Assembly (NCBI GenBank): GCA_963422205.2
Contig: CAXMWX010000005.1
Span: 224,001-288,000 of the forward strand
Length of the DNA: 64,000 nucleotides
Reading direction: 5' to 3'
DNA from: Gammaproteobacteria bacterium
GTDB lineage: Bacteria > Pseudomonadota > Gammaproteobacteria > Eutrophobiales > Eutrophobiaceae
Of the stretch, positions 11,034 through 21,885 are shown piece by piece. The notes below the pieces were generated by a model, which saw only the letters and a list, made by a program, of their open reading frames with translations, searched no databases and was not told the DNA's origin. The translations under genes were made by a program, and so were the position numbers. Numbering within the stretch: the stretch's first letter is position 1; every line of letters starts with the position of its first letter.

Positions 11034-11122
11034 TACCCCGTGGCCTGCGTTAATTAATGGATCGCCCGGGCTGGACTATCATCAATCTGCCAACGTAAAC
11101 CTGCACCCATCATTTGCCGATT

Positions 11123-12196
11123 TTATTGCCCGCCATCATCGCCTGTGCGGCTTGGGTCAGGCTCGCCCACACGTGCTAACCCGCCTATTCCTTTTGTCTC
11201 CCTGGCCATTTCTCTGGCCAGCAGATTCGCCACGCCTTGTGCCGGTGAGAGTTCGGCATCAATCACCTGCCTGACCTGGGTACTGATCGGCATCTCCACA
11301 TGATACAGGGCCGCCAGCTCACACACCACGCCTGCCGTCTTCACCCCCTCAATCGCCTGCCCAATCTCAGCGCTGGCCTGCGCCGGCGTCTCCCCCCTGG
11401 CCAGCGCCAGCCCAAAGCGCCGATTGCGCGACTGATTATCGGTGCATGTCAAGACCAAATCGCCCAGGCCCGCCAGCCCCATAAACGTCTCTGCCCGGCC
11501 ACCCATGGCAACGCCCAGACGGGTGATCTCGGCCAGGCCACGCGCAATCAATGCCGCCCGTGTATTGGCACCGAAACCCAGCCCATCGGCAATGCCGGCG
11601 GCAATCGCCAGCACATTTTTTACTGCCCCGCCCACCTGCACCCCCACCACATCATCATGGGTATAAATACGAAACTTATCGTTATGAAATAAGCCGGCAA
11701 ATTCGGCGGCAACGCTGGCCTGCTCTGCCGCCACCGTGACCGCCGTGGGCAAACCTTGTGCAACCTCGCCAGCAAACGATGGCCCGGACAGGATGGCCAG
11801 CTCAGCCAGCGGCAGATAATCCTGCACCAGGGTATGGTTTAAGTGTAATGTGGCTGGCTGCATGCCTTTACACGCCAGGCAGATTTTCAGTGTGCGTTGC
11901 GGGCCGGCCGCCAGGCTTTGCAAAACCGCTGGCAAGGCATCACAGGGCGAGGCAATCACGATATGGCTCACCCCATCCGGCAGGGGCTGGCATACATGCA
12001 CGGGTTGCAAACACGCAGGAAACGGGACCCCCGGCAGGTGGTGATGATTGCGGCGCTCGGCGATCAGGCGCACCATGTGTGCAGGTGCACTATCCCATAG
12101 CAGGGTATGCCGACCATTACGCGCCAGCACCAGTGCCAGGGCCGTACCCCACGAACCGGCACCGATAACCAATACCGAAGCAAGTTGCCGGCTCAG
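11123..12196 (-). CDS. gpsA: NAD(P)H-dependent glycerol-3-phosphate dehydrogenase (start uncertain: CTG at 12196 or TTG at 12172)
   Basis: GAGSWGTALA, SGPSFA, KNVLAIAAG, GLGDLVLTCT..SRNRRFG; downstream of secB. Confidence 0.95.
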   Translation of the reverse strand: MSRQLASVLVIGAGSWGTALALVLARNGRHTLLWDSAPAHMVRLIAERRNHHHLPGVPFPACLQPVHVCQPLPDGVSHIVIASPCDALPAVLQSLAAGPQRTLKICLACKGMQPATLHLNHTLVQDYLPLAELAILSGPSFAGEVAQGLPTAVTVAAEQASVAAEFAGLFHNDKFRIYTHDDVVGVQVGGAVKNVLAIAAGIADGLGFGANTRAALIARGLAEITRLGVAMGGRAETFMGLAGLGDLVLTCTDNQSRNRRFGLALARGETPAQASAEIGQAIEGVKTAGVVCELAALYHVEMPISTQVRQVIDAELSPAQGVANLLAREMARETKGIGGLARVGEPDPSRTGDDGGQ

Positions 12197-12651
12197 TGTT
12201 TTTGCGCCTCTTCCGCCAGTCTCTCCTGATGCCTTAAATACAGCGCCTCAAAATTCACCGGCGCCAGCAATAATTGCGGAAATCCGGCGCGGGTAACCAA
12301 ATCAGACACCACCTCGCGGGCAAAAGGAAATAAAATATTCAGGCAGACGGTGGCGGCCATCCGGGCAATCATATCGTTGGCAAAGCCGGCGATATGAAAG
12401 ATCCCCGCCTGTTGCACCTCAACCAGATACACGGGCTTGTCCTGTGCGCTCACTGTCACTGTGATCGACAAACACACCTCATACAGGGAGTCGGCCACGG
12501 CATCCACCGCATTGGATAAATCCATATTGACCGCCGGCTCCCATTGCTGCTGAAATATCTGCGGGCTGGCCGGGGTCTCCAGCGACATGTCTTTTAAGTA
12601 AATCTTTTCAATAGCAAACTGACCGGCGTTTGCGGCCTGCTCATCGGACAT
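12193..12651 (-). CDS. secB: protein export chaperone SecB
   Basis: IEKIYLKDMSLETP, EVQQAGIF, LFPFARE, PVNFEALY; start MSDEQ at 12651. Confidence 0.95.
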   Translation of the reverse strand: MSDEQAANAGQFAIEKIYLKDMSLETPASPQIFQQQWEPAVNMDLSNAVDAVADSLYEVCLSITVTVSAQDKPVYLVEVQQAGIFHIAGFANDMIARMAATVCLNILFPFAREVVSDLVTRAGFPQLLLAPVNFEALYLRHQERLAEEAQKH

Positions 12652-12700
12652 GATGTCCAGCCTCCTTATAGCAACGCCTGTTATACACGAACCTGCCCTG

Positions 12701-13126
12701 CTAAGTCTTGACGATGGGTAAATTGGCACTTTGCCAGCTATGCAAACCGCCCCGCAGCATATACACCTGTTCACGCCCCTGCATCCGCAACAGGCGACAT
12801 GCCTTGGCCGAATCTGTACCGTGGGCGCAGTAGATGACAACCGGCCGGTCGGCTTTGCCCGGCAGCTGTTTTATCCTGCTCTCAAATTCAGCCGTTGGTA
12901 TATGCAGTGAATCAATGATATGGCCGTTGTTATAAGCATCCTGGCTGCGAATATCCAGCAACAGCGCCTTATTTTTATTCACCATTTGCGTCAGTTCAGC
13001 CGTTGATATATGTTTTACCCCCATCATGGCCGTCCCCAGCAGATTCCACAGCAACATGCTTAGGATAGCGACAAACAGGGTCACCAAAATCAGGTGATTG
13101 GCGATGAACTCAGGCAGTTTTTCCAC
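12701..13126 (-). CDS. rhodanese-like membrane protein (YibN type)
   Basis: N-terminal TM helix; LDIR, GHI and LRGG..SW...NLP motifs; upstream of secB. Confidence 0.9.
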   Translation of the reverse strand: MEKLPEFIANHLILVTLFVAILSMLLWNLLGTAMMGVKHISTAELTQMVNKNKALLLDIRSQDAYNNGHIIDSLHIPTAEFESRIKQLPGKADRPVVIYCAHGTDSAKACRLLRMQGREQVYMLRGGLHSWQSANLPIVKT

Positions 13127-13330
13127 AATGCAGATCTTCCGGCAACAGGGGGTTTAAGGTATTTAAGGACAGCGCATCATACGTGATATGGCTGGCCGAC
13201 AAAACCATTTCGCCTGGCTATCGGTTTCCATCTGCTGGCATGCTAGAATGCCAGCCACTATCACAGACACCCCCATTGACCATGCAACACCTTCGCCTAT
13301 GATACCCTGGAAGCTGCCCGCCGGGTGAAC

Positions 13331-14935
13331 ATGACAAGACGCACAGCACTCAGCAAAAGACCGACCATCCTCATCATTCTGGATGGCTGGGGTTACTCGG
13401 AAGCGACCGCCTATAATGCGATTCACAGCGCAAATAAGCCCGTCTGGGACCGGCTTTGGGCTGACTACCCGCATACCCTGGTCAATGCCAGCGGATCAGA
13501 GGTGGGTCTGCCGGCCCGGCAGATGGGAAATTCCGAAGTCGGCCACATGAACATCGGTGCCGGCCGGGTGGTCGATCAGGAATTCACCCGCATCATGCGC
13601 GCGATTGAGGATAGAAGTTTTTTCTCCAATGCCGCCCTGTGCAAGGCGATTAAACGGGCAAAGGCCAGGGGCAAAGCCGTGCATATCTTGGGGCTGTTAT
13701 CGCCCGGCGGCGTACACAGCCATCAGGAACACATTGCCGCCCTGCTGGAAATGACGGCAGAGCATCATATCTCGCCGGTGTATGTGCATGCCTTCCTGGA
13801 CGGCAGAGATACCCCGCCCAGAAGTGCGGCCAACTACCTGCACACCATACACACCCAGATGCAGGCCCTTGGCAACAGCCGGTTTGCCAGCATCACCGGC
13901 CGCTATTATGCGATGGACAGAAACACGAACTGGCAGCGAACCCAGTCGGCCTATGATCTGATCATGCACGGCAGGGCGATGTTTCAAAGCCAGGATGTGT
14001 TTATCGCCGTTGATATGGCCTATGGGCGAGGTGAAACCGATGAGTTCGTACAGGCCACCGCCATCACCGACCAGCACGGCCAGCCCGCCACGGTGACCGA
14101 GGGGGATGTCATTATCTTTGCCAATTACCGTGCTGATCGCATCAGACAACTATCAACCGCCATGACCGCCAGGGATTTTTCTGCCTTCAAGCGGCCATTT
14201 GTGGTGGCCGATGACAGCATCATCAGCATGACAGAATACAAAGAAGAATTCACGTTCCCCCGTGCCTTCCCGCCGCAACAGTTGCCGAATGTCTTCGGCG
14301 ACTACCTGGCATCGCTGGGCATGAAGCAGCTACGTATTGCCGAGACGGAAAAATACGCCCATGTCACCTTCTTTTTTAATGGTGGCAGGGAGCCGGCCTG
14401 TCCGGGCGAGGATCGCATCCTGATCCCATCGCCCGATGTGCCGACCTACGATGCCCGACCTGAGATGAGCGCTTTTTGGCTCACCGGAAAACTGGTGCAG
14501 GCGATTCGCTCGGGAAAATACGATGCCATTATCTGTAATTTCGCCAATGCCGATATGGTCGGCCATACCGGTAACTTTGACGCTGCCGTCAAGGCCGTTG
14601 AGGCAATCGATACCTGCCTGGGGCAGATCATCGCCGCCACACAGGCCAGCGGGGGGGAGATAGTGATCACCGCCGATCACGGTAATGCCGAACAAATGCG
14701 CTCTCATATCACCGAGAAAATTCAAGCCGAACCCCACACAGCACACACCAGCAATCCCGTTCCTCTGCTCTACATTGGCCGTGAGGCCGAGGTTGTGCCA
14801 AACATCACTGCCCGGCTTTGTGACATCGCCCCCACCCTGCTGCACCTCATGGGCTTGCAACAGCCAGCTGAGATGACCGGTCAAGCCCTGTTGCAACTGT
14901 GCCAGCGCGCCGTACAGGTAGAAAACGTTGAATAA
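13331..14935 (+). CDS. gpmI: 2,3-bisphosphoglycerate-independent phosphoglycerate mutase
   Basis: LIILDGWG, MGNSEVGH, GRYYAMDR, AETEKYAHVTFF, DMVGHTG, TADHGN. Confidence 0.97.
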   Translation: MTRRTALSKRPTILIILDGWGYSEATAYNAIHSANKPVWDRLWADYPHTLVNASGSEVGLPARQMGNSEVGHMNIGAGRVVDQEFTRIMRAIEDRSFFSNAALCKAIKRAKARGKAVHILGLLSPGGVHSHQEHIAALLEMTAEHHISPVYVHAFLDGRDTPPRSAANYLHTIHTQMQALGNSRFASITGRYYAMDRNTNWQRTQSAYDLIMHGRAMFQSQDVFIAVDMAYGRGETDEFVQATAITDQHGQPATVTEGDVIIFANYRADRIRQLSTAMTARDFSAFKRPFVVADDSIISMTEYKEEFTFPRAFPPQQLPNVFGDYLASLGMKQLRIAETEKYAHVTFFFNGGREPACPGEDRILIPSPDVPTYDARPEMSAFWLTGKLVQAIRSGKYDAIICNFANADMVGHTGNFDAAVKAVEAIDTCLGQIIAATQASGGEIVITADHGNAEQMRSHITEKIQAEPHTAHTSNPVPLLYIGREAEVVPNITARLCDIAPTLLHLMGLQQPAEMTGQALLQLCQRAVQVENVE

Positions 14936-16121
14936 ACGGCGACACGGCGGGGAGTTCCATCGCCAGCGGATGCGGTGCGTGTTGCTCTGCTTTGCGTTCC
15001 TCCCACCGGCTTTTGCCGATGATACGAACGGCAGAGAGCAGCAATTAAAATCTGCCAGGGAATCGATCAGGGAGGTCATCAGCGAAGTTGAAATGAACTT
15101 GCAGCAGGCCCGGGATGAGTCCGAACAGTTGCTTGCTGAACTACAGAAGCTGGAGTCCAGCAGCCTGTCAGCGAAGGGAAAACTTGACCGGCTTGACGCT
15201 GAACTGGCAGCAAGCGATAGCCAAATCGCCCGGCTTAATCAGCAGCAAAGAGATGCTGAGGCAAACAGTGTCCTGGCACGGGAGAAACTGGCACAGCAAC
15301 TGCGTGCAACCTATATCACCGGCCGCCACAACATGCTGAAGCTGGTGCTCAATCAGGAAGACCCAACGCAACTGAGCCGGCTCATCGCCTATCACGACTA
15401 TATTAATCAGGCCCGTGGCCGCCAGATCGCCGCCATTGAGGCATCGTTGCTGCACATTGCCGAATTAAAGCAACAGATCACCGAGGCCAGCCAGGGCCAG
15501 CGTGAACTACAGCAGGCACAGCAAAATCAACTGGCAAAAATAGCTGAGGTAAAATCACAGCGTGAGGGCGTGTTAGATCGATTAAATCAACAGATTGCCG
15601 ACCGGGATAATCATCTTAAGACCCTGCGCCGAACGGAAACCGAATTATCGCAATTATTGCAGGGGCTCTCGGATGACAGTTCAAGGCGTGATGGTTTCGA
15701 AAACATCCCGCCGTTTCAATCACTTCAGGGTAAACTGAGCTTGCCGGTACAAGGCGATATTGACACCCGCTTCGGTGCCTACAAAAAAGGCGGCCGGATA
15801 AAGGCCACCGGAGTCACTTTCAACACAAAGAGAAAGGCAAAAGTCAAAGCCATCGCCAGTGGTCAGGTCATCTTTGCTGACTGGTTTCGCAACCTCGGCC
15901 TGCTGCTGATTATCAACCATGGCGATGATTACATCAGCCTGTATGGTCATAATGCGGCGATCGTAAAGCGAACAGGCGATTGGGTGAAGGCAGGCGAGAC
16001 CATCTCCATCGCCGGGGAGACCGGTGGCCGGGAAAATACCAGTTTATACTTTGAAATCCGCAAACAGGGCACGCCGTTAAATCCATTGCACTGGTGCAAA
16101 CGCGAACAACCGATCTTGTAA
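14928..16121 (+). CDS. envC: murein hydrolase activator EnvC (coiled coil + M23)
   Basis: Signal peptide, long coiled coil, degenerate LytM domain (YISLYGHN, LYFEIR). Confidence 0.88.
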   Translation: MNKRRHGGEFHRQRMRCVLLCFAFLPPAFADDTNGREQQLKSARESIREVISEVEMNLQQARDESEQLLAELQKLESSSLSAKGKLDRLDAELAASDSQIARLNQQQRDAEANSVLAREKLAQQLRATYITGRHNMLKLVLNQEDPTQLSRLIAYHDYINQARGRQIAAIEASLLHIAELKQQITEASQGQRELQQAQQNQLAKIAEVKSQREGVLDRLNQQIADRDNHLKTLRRTETELSQLLQGLSDDSSRRDGFENIPPFQSLQGKLSLPVQGDIDTRFGAYKKGGRIKATGVTFNTKRKAKVKAIASGQVIFADWFRNLGLLLIINHGDDYISLYGHNAAIVKRTGDWVKAGETISIAGETGGRENTSLYFEIRKQGTPLNPLHWCKREQPIL

Positions 16122-16189
16122 CATCGCCATAGTACAATGAATGCACGACTGTTGCCTCATCTTAACACAACCACACCATGATTTAAGGA

Positions 16190-17521
16190 ATGCTGATGAC
16201 ACCGTTACCTACCTATGCCTTTGCCATGAGTTTGCTGCTGGCTGGCAGCTTGAGCCCGCTGGCCTATGCCCAGCCTGATCAGGAAATCGACTCAATCGCC
16301 AGGAAAACGCCCATCCCCTTAAAGGAAATACGCACGTTTGCCGAGGTCTTCGCCAGGGTAAAAAAAGATTATGTCGAAGTGATTGATGATCGCAGTCTGC
16401 TGGAGAATGCCATTCGCGGTATGCTGGAGGGGCTGGACCCGCATTCCACCTATCTGGATCAGGAGGCGTACCTGGATCTGCAAGAGGGTACCTCGGGCGA
16501 GTTTGGCGGGCTTGGCATTGAGGTCGGGATGGAGAATGGCTTCATCAAGGTGATCTCGCCCATTGATGACACCCCGGCCGAGCGCGCCGGTGTCAAGGCG
16601 GGCGATTTGATTATCCGGCTGGATGAGATGCCGATCAAAGGCTTATCGTTAAGTGATGCGGTTAATCGTATGCGGGGCAAGCCGGGCACCGACATCATGC
16701 TGACCATTATGCGTGATGGCGAGCAAAAGCCCTTAAAGCTCACCATCACCCGGGATATTATCAAGGTAAAGAGTGTCAGATACCGCACCCTGGAGCCGGG
16801 CTTGGGGTATTTGCGTATTTCCAATTTCCAGACCCACACCGCAAGAGATGTCAAAACCAACCTGAAACAACTGATCCGGGAAAATGATAACCGGCTGCAA
16901 GGGCTGGTGCTGGATTTACGCAATAATCCTGGCGGGATCCTCAGCGCTGCGGTCGCCATTGCTGATTTGTTTCTGGAGAAGGGCTTGATTGTCTACACCG
17001 AAGGCCGGGTGCGTGACTCGAAACTGAAATTCAATGCCAAGCCCACAGATATACTGAATGGGGCACCGATGGTTGTGCTGGTCAATGCCGGTTCCGCCTC
17101 GGCTTCGGAGATCGTTGCCGGTGCCTTGCAGGATCATAAACGCGCCATCATCATGGGACAGAAGACCTTTGGGAAAGGCTCGGTGCAGACTATCCTGCCA
17201 ATTTCCAATGAGGCGGCCCTGAAATTGACAACCGCCCGTTACTTCACCCCGTCAGGGCGCTCCATACAGGCGGCGGGCATTGCCCCGGACATCGATCTCG
17301 ACCAGGTTAAAATAGAGAAAATCGAAGAGACCAATGTCATCAAAGAGCAGAACCTGAACCGGCATCTGGAAGGCACCGCCGAGAGAGAAGCAGCCGGGCA
17401 AGCCACAGACGAAGCCGATAAAGAAGCCAGTAAAGAGGAGTCGCTGGCAACCCGTGATTACGCCTTGTATGAAGCCTTGAACCTGTTAAAAGGCTTGACC
17501 CTCATGTCTGCTGATAACTAG
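16190..17521 (+). CDS. ctpA: S41 carboxy-terminal processing protease
   Basis: LDPHS, PDZ domain, LDLRNNPGG, SASASEIVAGALQD, TFGKGSVQ. Confidence 0.93.
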   Translation: MLMTPLPTYAFAMSLLLAGSLSPLAYAQPDQEIDSIARKTPIPLKEIRTFAEVFARVKKDYVEVIDDRSLLENAIRGMLEGLDPHSTYLDQEAYLDLQEGTSGEFGGLGIEVGMENGFIKVISPIDDTPAERAGVKAGDLIIRLDEMPIKGLSLSDAVNRMRGKPGTDIMLTIMRDGEQKPLKLTITRDIIKVKSVRYRTLEPGLGYLRISNFQTHTARDVKTNLKQLIRENDNRLQGLVLDLRNNPGGILSAAVAIADLFLEKGLIVYTEGRVRDSKLKFNAKPTDILNGAPMVVLVNAGSASASEIVAGALQDHKRAIIMGQKTFGKGSVQTILPISNEAALKLTTARYFTPSGRSIQAAGIAPDIDLDQVKIEKIEETNVIKEQNLNRHLEGTAEREAAGQATDEADKEASKEESLATRDYALYEALNLLKGLTLMSADN

Positions 17522-17525
17522 GCCG

Positions 17526-18317
17526 ATGCGGACAAAAGATGCAAACTATGTAATCGCCATCATCTTGCTCTGCATCAGCCTGCATGGTGTCGCCGCTGAT
17601 GGCTATACCTATCGTCAGGGGTATATCAGCATCATCATTGATGACATAGGCTATCGTATAAAAGATGATAAACGGGCCATCGCCCTGCCGGGGCCTGTCA
17701 CCTATGCCATCATGCCGTTCTCGCCCCATGCAAAGAAAATCAGCCAGGATCTGCAACGAAGAAATAAAGACATACTGTTACACATGCCCATGCAGGCCCT
17801 GCAACAAAAGCACAATCGATTTTTAGGGCCAGCGGCCTTAACCCTTGATATGGACAAGCCCCGATTTATTCGCACTGTGGATCGGGCGATCGCCTCTCTG
17901 CCAATCGCCGTTGGCATGAATAATCACATGGGCAGTTTATTGAGCCAGCAACCACAGCAGATGCAATGGCTGATGGAGGTGCTGAAGCGGCATGGCTTGT
18001 TTTATGTCGACAGTTTTACCATCAGACGCAGCCAGGCAAAAACAGCCGCCCGGCAATACCAGGTGCCTTATCTCCGCCGTGATGTGTTTCTGGATCACAA
18101 ACCCACAGCCGATGACATTCGGGCGCGATTCCAGGAATTGATCAACACGGCCCGCCGCAAAGGCACAGCCGTGGCCATCGGCCATCCACGCCCTGCCACC
18201 TTGAGCGTATTGGAAAAAGAACTGCAACGGCTGAATTATTATTCAGTCAAGCTGGTAAAACTCGGCGAGCTGTTGCAGCAGCGCAAACGACTGAGGCTGG
18301 CTGACAGCCGCTTGTAG
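17526..18317 (+). CDS. divergent polysaccharide deacetylase (YibQ-like)
   Basis: IIIDDIG, LHMPM, NNHMGS, RDVFLD, AIGHP. Confidence 0.9.
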   Translation: MRTKDANYVIAIILLCISLHGVAADGYTYRQGYISIIIDDIGYRIKDDKRAIALPGPVTYAIMPFSPHAKKISQDLQRRNKDILLHMPMQALQQKHNRFLGPAALTLDMDKPRFIRTVDRAIASLPIAVGMNNHMGSLLSQQPQQMQWLMEVLKRHGLFYVDSFTIRRSQAKTAARQYQVPYLRRDVFLDHKPTADDIRARFQELINTARRKGTAVAIGHPRPATLSVLEKELQRLNYYSVKLVKLGELLQQRKRLRLADSRL

Positions 18318-18323
18318 GCCGGG

Positions 18324-18782
18324 GTGAGCAGTTATGAGCAACTGCGGGCAGCGTTGAACGTACAGCTTCACAAGATGATCCCGATAACCGCCGCCATGCA
18401 GATCAAAATCACCGCATACAACGGCGAGCGCATCCGCCTGCAAGCACCGTTAGCCCCCAATATCAATGACAAGCAGACCGGTTTTGCCGGTAGCCTGGCG
18501 GCTATCGCCACCATCAGCGGCTGGTGTCTGCTACAGATGAAGCTTAACGAGCTCAAGATGAATGCCGATATTGCCGTCTATCAATCGGCCATACGTTATG
18601 TGCAGCCAGCGATGAGTGATTTTAATGCCTGCACGATGTTTGCCAGTGATACCGACAAGAAGATATTCATAACACAACTGAGAAATGACGGTAAGGCCAA
18701 AATTGCGCTTGGCACGACAGTCAGCGATCAGGAAAAACAGGTGTTGGAATTACAGGGCAAGTACGTTGCTGTTAAGCGATGA
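18324..18782 (+). CDS. YiiD C-terminal-like hot-dog thioesterase
   Basis: IP...AM, APLAPNINDKQTGFAGSL motif. Confidence 0.8.
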   Translation: MSSYEQLRAALNVQLHKMIPITAAMQIKITAYNGERIRLQAPLAPNINDKQTGFAGSLAAIATISGWCLLQMKLNELKMNADIAVYQSAIRYVQPAMSDFNACTMFASDTDKKIFITQLRNDGKAKIALGTTVSDQEKQVLELQGKYVAVKR

Positions 18783-18815
18783 CATGAGTATTTCATGGGG
18801 GTATTCCGGGTTGAC

Positions 18816-20486
18816 CTAATCCAGCTTCAAGATGACTTTGGCAATCAGGAACAAACCGGCTGAGCTGACGATCAAAGACGATAACGGCACCCCTAAAATT
18901 TTTATCGAGGTAATATCCAGCGAATAAATTAAAATACCGGCAATGATCAAGGCCGAGCCGGTGATCACCAGCACATTGTTACGATTATACTTCTGAAACT
19001 CATAACGCAATTCATCCAGACCGTGAGATTTCAACTCGATCATCAGCTTGCCACGCCGCAGGCGCTCTATCAGATCAATGGCCTTGGCCGGCATCCCGGG
19101 TAATTGATCCAGCCAGTAAGGGACATTCTCGGTCGTGCCTTTGAGTAAACCGCGCACACCAACACGGTTATTCATCCAGCGCTCCATGATGGGTTTTGCC
19201 GTGCGCCACAGATCAAGCTCAGGATACAAATCCCGGCCAAGGCCCTCGATATTCACCAGGGTTTTTTGCAGCAACACAAGCTGCGGCAGGATCACCATAT
19301 TAAAGCGCCGGGCGGTCTGGAACAGACGCAGTAACATGGTGCCGAAGGAGATCTCTTTTAGCGGCCGATCAAACAAAGGCTCACACACCGTCCGCACCGC
19401 AAATTCAAATTCATCCACCCGTGTGTTACCCGGCACCCAGCCGGAATCCACATGCAACTGTGCCACCTTGCGATAATCACGGTTGAGAAACGCAAGAAAA
19501 TTCTCGGCCAGATAGCGCTGATCAAATTCACTTAAAGAGCTCATGATACCAAAATCCACCATCATGATCCGTGGCTTGCCAGCAATATCGGGGTTGACAA
19601 AAATATTGCCCGGATGCATGTCCGCATGAAAATAGCTGTCACGAAACACCTGCGTGAAAAATAATTCCACTGTCGATTCTGCCAGCCATTTCAAATCAAG
19701 CCCGGCCGCCAGCAGGGCCTCATGATCGCTGATATGAATGCCCGATATCCTCTCCATAACCATCACATTGGCCGTGGTGTATTCCCACTCGATCTGCGGA
19801 ATGTACAAAACATCGGAGGTACTGAAATTCCGGCGTAGCTGCGAGGCGCTGGCTGCTTCACGCATAAGATCAAGCTCATCCAGCAGATGCTTTTCAAACT
19901 CAGCAACGACAGATGTCGGACGCAGCCGGCGTATATGATCGGAATGACGTTCAAAAGTCCGGGCGAGCTTGTGCATAATGCTGATATCCCGCCGCATGAC
20001 CTTCTCTATCTCCGGGCGCACCACCTTGACGATCATCTCCCGGCCATCATTCAGCGTGGCCGCATGCACCTGTGCGATCGATGCCGAGGCGAGCGGTGTC
20101 TCATCAAAGGTAAGAAAAATCTGCTCTATCTTTTTATCAAACGCCGCTTCAATGATCTGCTTCGCTTCAACACCGGAGAAAGGCGGCACCTTATCCTGTA
20201 ATTTTGCCAACTCAATGGCAATATCCTCAGGCAACATATCGCGCCGGGTGGAAAGCAGCTGCCCGAACTTGATAGAAATCGGCCCCAGGGTTTCCAATGT
20301 ACGCCGGACACGCACCGCCCTTGGCGCATTAAAACGCCGGACACGAAACCAGTTCCAGGGTAACAGATAACGCAGCCAGCGAACCGGGCGCAGCAGGCGC
20401 ATGGCAAACACCAACTCATCCAGGCCATTGTGCATAAACACGCGCTGTATCGTAAGCAGGCGCCATAGTTGCGCGAAACCCAGCAT
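18816..20486 (-). CDS. ubiB: ubiquinone biosynthesis kinase-like protein
   Basis: LGP..IKFGQ.LSTR, PLASASIAQVH, FHADMHPGN, DFGI; ubiE-ubiJ-ubiB order. Confidence 0.96.
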   Translation of the reverse strand: MLGFAQLWRLLTIQRVFMHNGLDELVFAMRLLRPVRWLRYLLPWNWFRVRRFNAPRAVRVRRTLETLGPISIKFGQLLSTRRDMLPEDIAIELAKLQDKVPPFSGVEAKQIIEAAFDKKIEQIFLTFDETPLASASIAQVHAATLNDGREMIVKVVRPEIEKVMRRDISIMHKLARTFERHSDHIRRLRPTSVVAEFEKHLLDELDLMREAASASQLRRNFSTSDVLYIPQIEWEYTTANVMVMERISGIHISDHEALLAAGLDLKWLAESTVELFFTQVFRDSYFHADMHPGNIFVNPDIAGKPRIMMVDFGIMSSLSEFDQRYLAENFLAFLNRDYRKVAQLHVDSGWVPGNTRVDEFEFAVRTVCEPLFDRPLKEISFGTMLLRLFQTARRFNMVILPQLVLLQKTLVNIEGLGRDLYPELDLWRTAKPIMERWMNNRVGVRGLLKGTTENVPYWLDQLPGMPAKAIDLIERLRRGKLMIELKSHGLDELRYEFQKYNRNNVLVITGSALIIAGILIYSLDITSIKILGVPLSSLIVSSAGLFLIAKVILKLD

Positions 20487-20488
20487 GA

Positions 20489-21136
20489 TTAATTCCCCGG
20501 TTTTTCCAGCCTGGCCATTCGCTGTTTCAAACGTGCAAGATCATCACGCAACTCATCCACAGCACGATTAAATTCCTCCAGTTCATCCGCATCAGCGATC
20601 ATGTCTTTTTCATATTTCAGAAACTCACCCAAATCGGATTCCAACTTGACGCCCAGCCCCTTGACCATCGACCACCCGGTGCGGATCAGCTGCGCCGACT
20701 TGTGCGCCAGGGTATCGCCAACATAGCCTGCAAGCTGCTCTTCCCAGTCGATCTCCATTTTTTTCACCAGGGCGGTAAGCTGCTGTGCCAGGGCGATATC
20801 GCCGGTTATCTCAAGATGACTGGCAAGCTCATTGGCGGGCGGGCGCTGACCATAACGCTGTGCAGCAACATAGGCCAGCAATGCCGCCGGTGTGCCGGTG
20901 ATTCGGACATTGACCTCACCAACCTGCCCGGTAAGCAGCTGAATGCCATCATGCTCGATCAAAAAAGTAAAACTCGCTGCCGTGTTCAGCAGCTTGATTT
21001 GTATGATATTACCCGCCAGGGCATAAATTTCCGCCGCCACCTCGGCATCCAACTGCAAGCAACGGTTCAGTAACAGATGGATATTTCCCGACATGATTGT
21101 CGCCCCATGATCGCCTCCTGCATGAGCACCATTCAC
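20489..21136 (-). CDS. ubiJ: ubiquinone biosynthesis accessory factor (SCP2 domain)
   Basis: GD..LAQ, IDWEE.L...GD, C-terminal coiled coil; lies between ubiE and ubiB. Confidence 0.88.
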   Translation of the reverse strand: MNGAHAGGDHGATIMSGNIHLLLNRCLQLDAEVAAEIYALAGNIIQIKLLNTAASFTFLIEHDGIQLLTGQVGEVNVRITGTPAALLAYVAAQRYGQRPPANELASHLEITGDIALAQQLTALVKKMEIDWEEQLAGYVGDTLAHKSAQLIRTGWSMVKGLGVKLESDLGEFLKYEKDMIADADELEEFNRAVDELRDDLARLKQRMARLEKPGN

Positions 21137-21885
21137 AGTTTATACGCCTGATGCTGGGCAACAATACCGCCTGACAGGTTAAAATACCGCACCTTCGAGA
21201 AACCGGCCTGCTGCAACATCTGCGTTAATGTTTCCTGATCCGGGTGCCTGCGGATCGACTCCACCAAGTATTGATAGCTGTCTTGATCCCTGGCAATCAG
21301 TTTGCCCAGCCAGGGAATGACGGCAAAAGAATACTGATCGTACAGTTTTTGCAGCAACGGCAGGGTTAGCCTGGAGAATTCCAGGATATTCACCCCCCCG
21401 CCATAGTTAAGTTTGGCAAACACAGAACTCAGCACTTTCTGTTGATTGCTGACATTACGCAGGCCAAAAGCCAGCATGATGCAATCAAACGTATTATCCG
21501 CATAAGGCAGGGCTTCGGCATCGCCCTGCACGAAATCCAGCCCATGATACAGCCCCTTATCATAGAGCTTATCGCGCCCCGTTGAGAGCATGTCCGCATT
21601 GATATCACAAACAACAACACGCCCCTTTTCATTCAGCCGTTTTTTTATCAGCCAAGCCATATCCGCAGTACCACCCGCCAGATCCAGCACCTGTGCATCG
21701 GGTTTAAGCCCGGCGATATGTACCGCATAGCGCTTCCAGAGGCGATGAATGCCGAATGACATCAAGTCATTCATCAGATCATACTGACCGGCCACCGAGG
21801 TAAACACCGCATTGACCCGACGGGTCTTCTCCCGCCTGCCCAGCGTTTGAAAACCAAAATCAACCAGTGGCGACTCAGACATCAC
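21133..21885 (-). CDS. ubiE: ubiquinone/menaquinone C-methyltransferase
   Basis: VF.SVA..YDLMNDLMSFGIHRLWK, LDLAGGT, AFGLRNV, YLVESIRRHP. Confidence 0.97.
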   Translation of the reverse strand: MMSESPLVDFGFQTLGRREKTRRVNAVFTSVAGQYDLMNDLMSFGIHRLWKRYAVHIAGLKPDAQVLDLAGGTADMAWLIKKRLNEKGRVVVCDINADMLSTGRDKLYDKGLYHGLDFVQGDAEALPYADNTFDCIMLAFGLRNVSNQQKVLSSVFAKLNYGGGVNILEFSRLTLPLLQKLYDQYSFAVIPWLGKLIARDQDSYQYLVESIRRHPDQETLTQMLQQAGFSKVRYFNLSGGIVAQHQAYKL

